The translations under genes were made by a program, and so were the position numbers. Under the pieces are notes generated by a model that was not told where the DNA came from, ran no database searches, and saw nothing but the letters and a program-made list of their open reading frames with translations. 64,000 nucleotides of DNA, taken from the NCBI RefSeq assembly GCF_000150275.1, contig NW_002060944.1, positions 5,803,102-5,867,101 on the forward strand, given 5' to 3'. This stretch comes from Trichoplax adhaerens. Lineage: Eukaryota > Animalia > Placozoa. The stretch's first letter is position 1; every line of letters begins with the position of its first letter. This document shows, piece after piece, positions 52,860 to 64,000 of the stretch.

Positions 52860-53660
52860 AACAGACAGTATACAGAATGATGCAAAATCTCGGTAAAGTT
52901 GGACGACGCTTAAAATGGTGTTGATTATACTGTCCATTTAAATCAAGGAGTCAAAAAATTACCTTGATTCCTATTGCTCTTCTTATTTCCACTAGTATCT
53001 TCAAGATTAAATTCTTCTTTAGGCAGACTGTGCAGACAATATGTAAAACGCTACAAAAGTTAGACGACGCCCAAAATAATGCTGATGATATAATGTACAC
53101 TAGATTTATTACAAGGAGGCAAAGACTACCTTGATTCTTATTTACTCTTTTATTTCCGCTAGTATCTTAAAGATTAAATTCTTCTTTAGATAGCAGACTG
53201 TGCAGACAGTATTTAAAACGCTACAAAAGTTAGACGACGCCCAAAATAATGCTGATGATATGCTGTACTGTACAGTAGATTTATTCCAAGGAGTCAAAGG
53301 CTACTTTGATTCTTATTTACTCTTCTTATTTCCGCTAGCATCTTCAAGATTAAATTCTTCTTTAGATGGCAGACTGAGCAGACAGTATGTAAAACGCTGC
53401 AAAAGTTGGACGACGCCCAAAATAATGCTGATGATATACTGTACTGTACAGTAGATTTATTACAAGGAGTCAAAGACTACTTGATTCTTGTTACTCTTCT
53501 TATTTCCGCTAATATCTTCAAGATTAAATTCTTCTTTATATAGCAGACTGTAGCAGACAGTATGTAAACGCTGCGAAATCTCTGAAAAGTTGGATTACGC
53601 CTAAAATAATACTGATGATATACTGTACCGCTAGTTTCTTAAAGATTAAATCCTTCTTTA
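52860..53660. repeat. Tandem array, ~4.5 units of ~160-185 bp, between the OXSM promoter and the guanylyl cyclase 3' end
   Basis: 'aaagtt(a/g)gacgacgcccaaaataatgctgatgatat...caaggagtcaaag...tcttcaagattaaattcttc...gcagactg' with starts near 52896, 53056, 53225, 53401 and 53586. Confidence 0.95.
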
Positions 53661-54748
53661 TTTTTTATTATTTGAAGAAGGACCGTCGCTGCTTTACATG
53701 TAGCTTTATTTAGAGTACTCTTGGTTAAGCCGACAGCTACGAAATAGTACACGTAGGTTTTATGGTACATACTGTCATAAATTCCCTTTACGAGAAATGC
53801 TAACTTAATTGTATATTACAATTGTAAGCAGGTTCTCCTTCTACATCTCAGAGATTGAACCATGAACTTGTTCGAGAAATATGCTCCTTAATATTATACT
53901 GATTAATAATTAGCGAGACAATAGTAATCGGCAAAGATGATTCTTCGTAAATAGTCGAATTTTTAATAGTGTTCATTACAAGAGAAGCCCTGTTTCAATA
54001 GCATAATATCAAACAAATCAAGGCTCTATAACAAACAGCTACAAGTATTATGCTAATATCAATGACAGGAATAACCCTATCAACACAAAACTACCGGCAT
54101 CATTTAGTTATTCTTAATATACCCGTAGTCAATATTCTAATAGATCATTGGTAGTGATTTACACAATATCTGTATACGAGAGTTGTAATATGAATTCCAG
54201 TTGTCATAACGAGGCCATTTGTTAAAGGCATGTGAACTTTTCTACGAGTATTCTACTAGCCCATCTGCAAACGACTTATTACAGTATATGATTTATCTAT
54301 GCAGTTATAAATATATTCTAGCTATTGCGAAAATATTACTTCTTGCGTAGATAGCCTTACAATATTCTATTTGGTAACAATTTATAAATAGTAAATCTAC
54401 GCAATTGCCTATATATTCTAATGATAATAATGAGTGCTGTTTTCTGATATAGATAATTTTGTAATATTCAAATTTTATAGTGGTTTATAAATACTCAAGG
54501 TATCGAATAAATACAATCATGGTTAAGTTGCAAAATTGTAGGCAATTACACGCTAATTTTACAAAGACTCGCTTATTCTATCAGATCGAATATGTCTATT
54601 TAATAATTGAACTAATAGAGGAGACATTCAATTTATACAATATCGCAAGAAGAGCCTATGCTTATCTTCCGTCAATATTAGTAACAATACAGTAGTAAAT
54701 ATATCTTTTTGCGAGAGAAAAATATTCTGTTGTCATTCTTAATACCGT

Positions 54749-61494
<6,746 letters not shown>

Positions 61495-64000
61495 TACAAA
61501 TAAATTGAAATTGAAATTACTGAAATATTAATCGGCTGAAATAGATTTATAGCTATCTACGATATTTTCTTTACTATTTGTTTTAGCATCAGTTAGATAA
61601 TGACCGAAATGACCATTACTGATAACAGAATTGAATTAACAGAACGATAACATGGAGATTTGTTCAAATTAAAGCCATTAAAAATTGGATATTTATCTAT
61701 ATTAAATAAGTAGTGATCGATATCTTTCGAAAATAATGATACTTTTTAATAGCTGATTCAGGAGTGAATTATTTGAAGAAAATGTTAATCATTTACGGAT
61801 TATATTCCATTTTCAACAAAGCAGCTCTAAAATCTTAGTAAAACATCCTCTTATGTATCTATATTAGTCTGCTCTACCAGATAATCAATCTGAAGTCTTC
61901 CTTTAACTGTACCGTTCTGATAATCACCGTAACAATTAATTTATATGGCACCGTTGGTTAATTAATGGAAGGTTGGCATCTAATTTGCCATATCTATCCT
62001 CTCAATCAGTCATGTCTTTTTTTCAAATTAAATTGTCTAATATCTTATCATTAGTGCCGCATTGAAATCAATATTCAAATTATTTTAATAAAGTATCCAA
62101 CTGCTATTCATTTGGCCATTACTATCCCTCATTCTTAAAATTCGGATGCTTTAAATTACAGTCTAAAAGCTCAATCTGGTCACGTATTGTAATAGATCCA
62201 TTATGGACTGTTGTAGGTTTATATTTGTTTTAAATTTAGTCGATGTACTCATATGTTCCTTTTATCGACATAGGGGGTACTCTACGCATGATAGTTGACT
62301 GAACCTCAATAGATAGAACTAGAAATTAATTTCCATGGTTAAAGCTATATATCAATATCGTATCAGGGAATGCGGTTATTACTAATGTAATAAAACAGTC
62401 TTATGAAATCTTAACTGATTAACATATCTTATGATCGGTTGCAATTATTTATGATAAATCAATGCTAAAAGGATAAAGAAGATCATCGTCCGATCAAAAT
62501 GAAGTTTTAACGAGAGACAAAATCGACTGATTAATATAGCTGTGAATTTTAACCGTTCAGTTTGAGTGAAATAGTGAAAAGAAACTATTTACTTCCACCC
62601 TGTAATTATAATTAAAGAAAATATTCGCATTACTTACGCTGCAATAACAGTATATTCTAGTATCTTAACGAAATAAATGTTAGATAGTAGGTAATCGATA
62701 TTGTATAGTCTTTCCAATATGAAAACATTGATCTCAATCTATTGATGTGTATTGTGGTTTAAAACTATCTTTTTGGCTTACTAATCATGCATAATTTTAA
62801 TATATTAATTTGAATTTTAGGTAAAGCTATATGACCATTTGATCAATCTATCTCCTCGCAACTAATGTAAAAATAAAAGTTAGTATCTATCTTTTCAGTT
62901 ACCTAACAAGATACAGCACTGAAATAATTTATAAATAAAAGACCATTTCACTGCATAATCGAATAAAAATCCACAATTGCAGTTATCTGTTGTCGTACTT
63001 GTAAAGCAATTTACTTTCCAAGAATAATAGAGAAAAATTGGACGATGACCATGTTCTCGATGGGGTTGATGATATTTATGAAATATTGTATAATAGAACT
63101 ATCGCATAAAAGTTAAAAAATAATCTTTTAACCGCGTAATATCTCACATTATACTTATCGATGTAGAATTAAAGATTTATGAAATCTACTATTTATAATC
63201 TATAAGGAATACAGCCATTTTAAGTCTATTCATGTTATTTTTGAGAATTTTAGTGTGCCAATTTTTAATTATGTAGACTGCAACAAATAGATATTGCAAA
63301 AGTCTTCAGTGAATAGTAATAATTATTTCTCAATAAAACAGCACAGTATGGCACCGTAAACTAGCACTCTCTGATCAAATGGATATCTTAATGGAAGAAA
63401 GTAAAGATCCTGTCTTAATTATATGACATAGAAGGTTGTTGACAGATTTGAAGGGTATACTAGTGTATAATAACATTTTTAAACGCTATTGTCTTATGAT
63501 CTATGGAGGAAAAACTGTTAAATGACGGAAAGGAGTATTTCTTTTTCGGCAAATACAATTATATATAGGAAAATCAGACATTAAGCGTAATTGTACATTC
63601 GATTTCGAAATTTCTACCGTATATTAATTGAAGCTGAGGATAGAATTAGAGTTGGGTAAATTGTATTTATAATTTTTCAACTTCTGTGTCTGTTCTTTCG
63701 GAATGGAACAGCGGATAATTTTGATGTTAAGAAGTAATAACAATCTATTAATTATAGGTTAGGTAGTAGACATCAATTAGATAATTATAGGATTTCATCG
63801 AGACAATTGTCCTTGTAATCATACGTTGTTCACAATAAGTTAATAAGGTAACAAAAACAAAGTGTTTAATCAATTAAGAGAATTCTATGCCCATTTTATC
63901 TCCAACAAACTATGATAAATCTACAGTAAAATGAAAACATTGTAGGAAAGAATCTACAGTATTCTGCAAACTACTAAATATTTTGATTAAAATTTAGTTA

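Noticed and set aside
53200-53454. ORFs inside repeat arrays (also 7198-7458 and 30912-31205)
   Set aside because: These are translations of tandem-repeat units; neighbouring copies have indels and stops.
61500-64000. Further 5' exons of the guanylyl cyclase
   Set aside because: I found no convincing ectodomain-like frame with splice sites. The region is treated as a long intron, though small exons could have been missed.

Overview
This is AT-rich eukaryotic (animal) genomic DNA with many short GT-AG introns. Composition, intron sizes and protein divergence suggest an early-branching metazoan, most likely a placozoan such as Trichoplax (inference only). I could reconstruct five spliced genes by hand. 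(1) TIMELESS/timeout, minus strand, ATG 5930, running off the left edge. (2) A complete cubilin, minus strand 35000-9391, about 44 exons: signal peptide, amnionless-binding N-terminus, 8 EGF and 27 CUB domains, the same domain count as vertebrate CUBN. (3) Cytoplasmic dynein-1 intermediate chain, plus strand 44568-48877. (4) Mitochondrial 3-oxoacyl-ACP synthase OXSM, minus strand 52560-49304. (5) An NPR-like receptor guanylyl cyclase, minus strand, stop 54749, 5' part not found in the window. Non-coding features include a near-perfect 67-bp palindrome (7944-8010), several local tandem-repeat arrays (three just upstream of housekeeping promoters), a probable decayed CARD/TPR-like pseudogene inside cubilin intron 2, an E2F site upstream of timeless, and shared promoter motifs. 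I found no CRISPR, rRNA, tRNA or intact transposon. Exon coordinates are hand-derived and may be off by a few bases.
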